Below, piece by piece: positions 46,772 through 46,847 of a stretch of 46,847 nt of DNA. The stretch is taken from contig JASDSY010000034.1 of the NCBI GenBank assembly GCA_041441465.1, positions 1 through 46,847 of the forward strand, in the 5' to 3' direction. The stretch's first letter is position 1; every line of letters begins with the position of its first letter. The notes beneath the pieces are model-generated. The model saw nothing but the letters and a program-made list of their open reading frames with translations. It did not search any database and was not told the DNA's origin. A program made the translations under genes and the position numbers. This DNA is from Candidatus Wallbacteria bacterium. Its GTDB lineage: Bacteria > Muiribacteriota > UBA9980.

Positions 46772-46847
46772 ATGGCAAAAGAAAAATTTGACAGAAGTAA
46801 ACCGCACCTGAATATTGGTACGATCGGACACGTTGACCACGGTAAAA
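46772..46847 (+). CDS. tuf: Elongation factor Tu, 5' end (runs off the window)
   Basis: [25 protein letters not shown] is the canonical EF-Tu N-terminus including the start of the G1 motif. AAGGAGG ribosome-binding site. Confidence 0.95.
   Translation, partial: MAKEKFDRSKPHLNIGTIGHVDHGK

Overview
This is an AT-rich bacterial chromosomal window with about 45 protein genes, 4 tRNAs and the 5' end of tuf. I found no CRISPR array, integrase, transposase or phage genes. All calls come from reading the six-frame translations and the DNA by eye; no searches were run.

Gene content from left to right:
- The C-terminal fragment of a Gfo/Idh/MocA-like oxidoreductase, ending at 90.
- A convergent sugar-nucleotide modification trio on the minus strand: a DegT-family aminotransferase, a hexapeptide N-acetyltransferase and a GT1 glycosyltransferase.
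- tRNA-Ala(GGC).
- A comEA-recA-comEC block on the minus strand.
- A 514-bp divergent promoter region, then a secreted protein and an NMO/FabK-family oxidoreductase.
- A membrane polyferredoxin that looks like a NapH-NapG fusion carrying an internal twin-arginine motif, next to a Tat-exported DUF362 protein.
- dedA-mazG and an FAD oxidoreductase.
- A HExxH protein convergent with a PAS sigma-54 enhancer-binding protein.
- A class-II glutamine amidotransferase, ftcD and hutU (partial histidine-utilisation cluster).
- A 970-aa Ser/Thr/Ala-rich repetitive secreted protein with a C-terminal glycine-zipper domain.
- An AT-rich unknown protein divergent from an orphan CheY-like receiver.
- An LpoB-like membrane protein and a HAD-IB hydrolase.
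- An NfeD-flotillin-repeat-protein module.
- A LysM-M23 peptidase.
- An F-type ATP synthase operon atpZ-atpI-atpBEFHAG that ends at a terminator with no atpD/atpC.
- A secreted unknown protein, a TPR lipoprotein, cysS, a SpoU/TrmH methyltransferase, and tRNA-Thr/Tyr/Thr followed by tuf.

The most unusual items are:
- The NapH/NapG-like fusion paired with a Tat-exported DUF362 protein.
- The recA gene sandwiched between comEA and comEC, with a near-consensus sigma-54 -24 element upstream.
- Two near-identical about 50-nt nested-hairpin terminator elements about 10.5 kb apart.
- Helically phased GCCTGTAA direct repeats in one intergenic region.
- The split ATP synthase operon, whose a-subunit carries a His-rich tail.
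- The repetitive giant surface protein.
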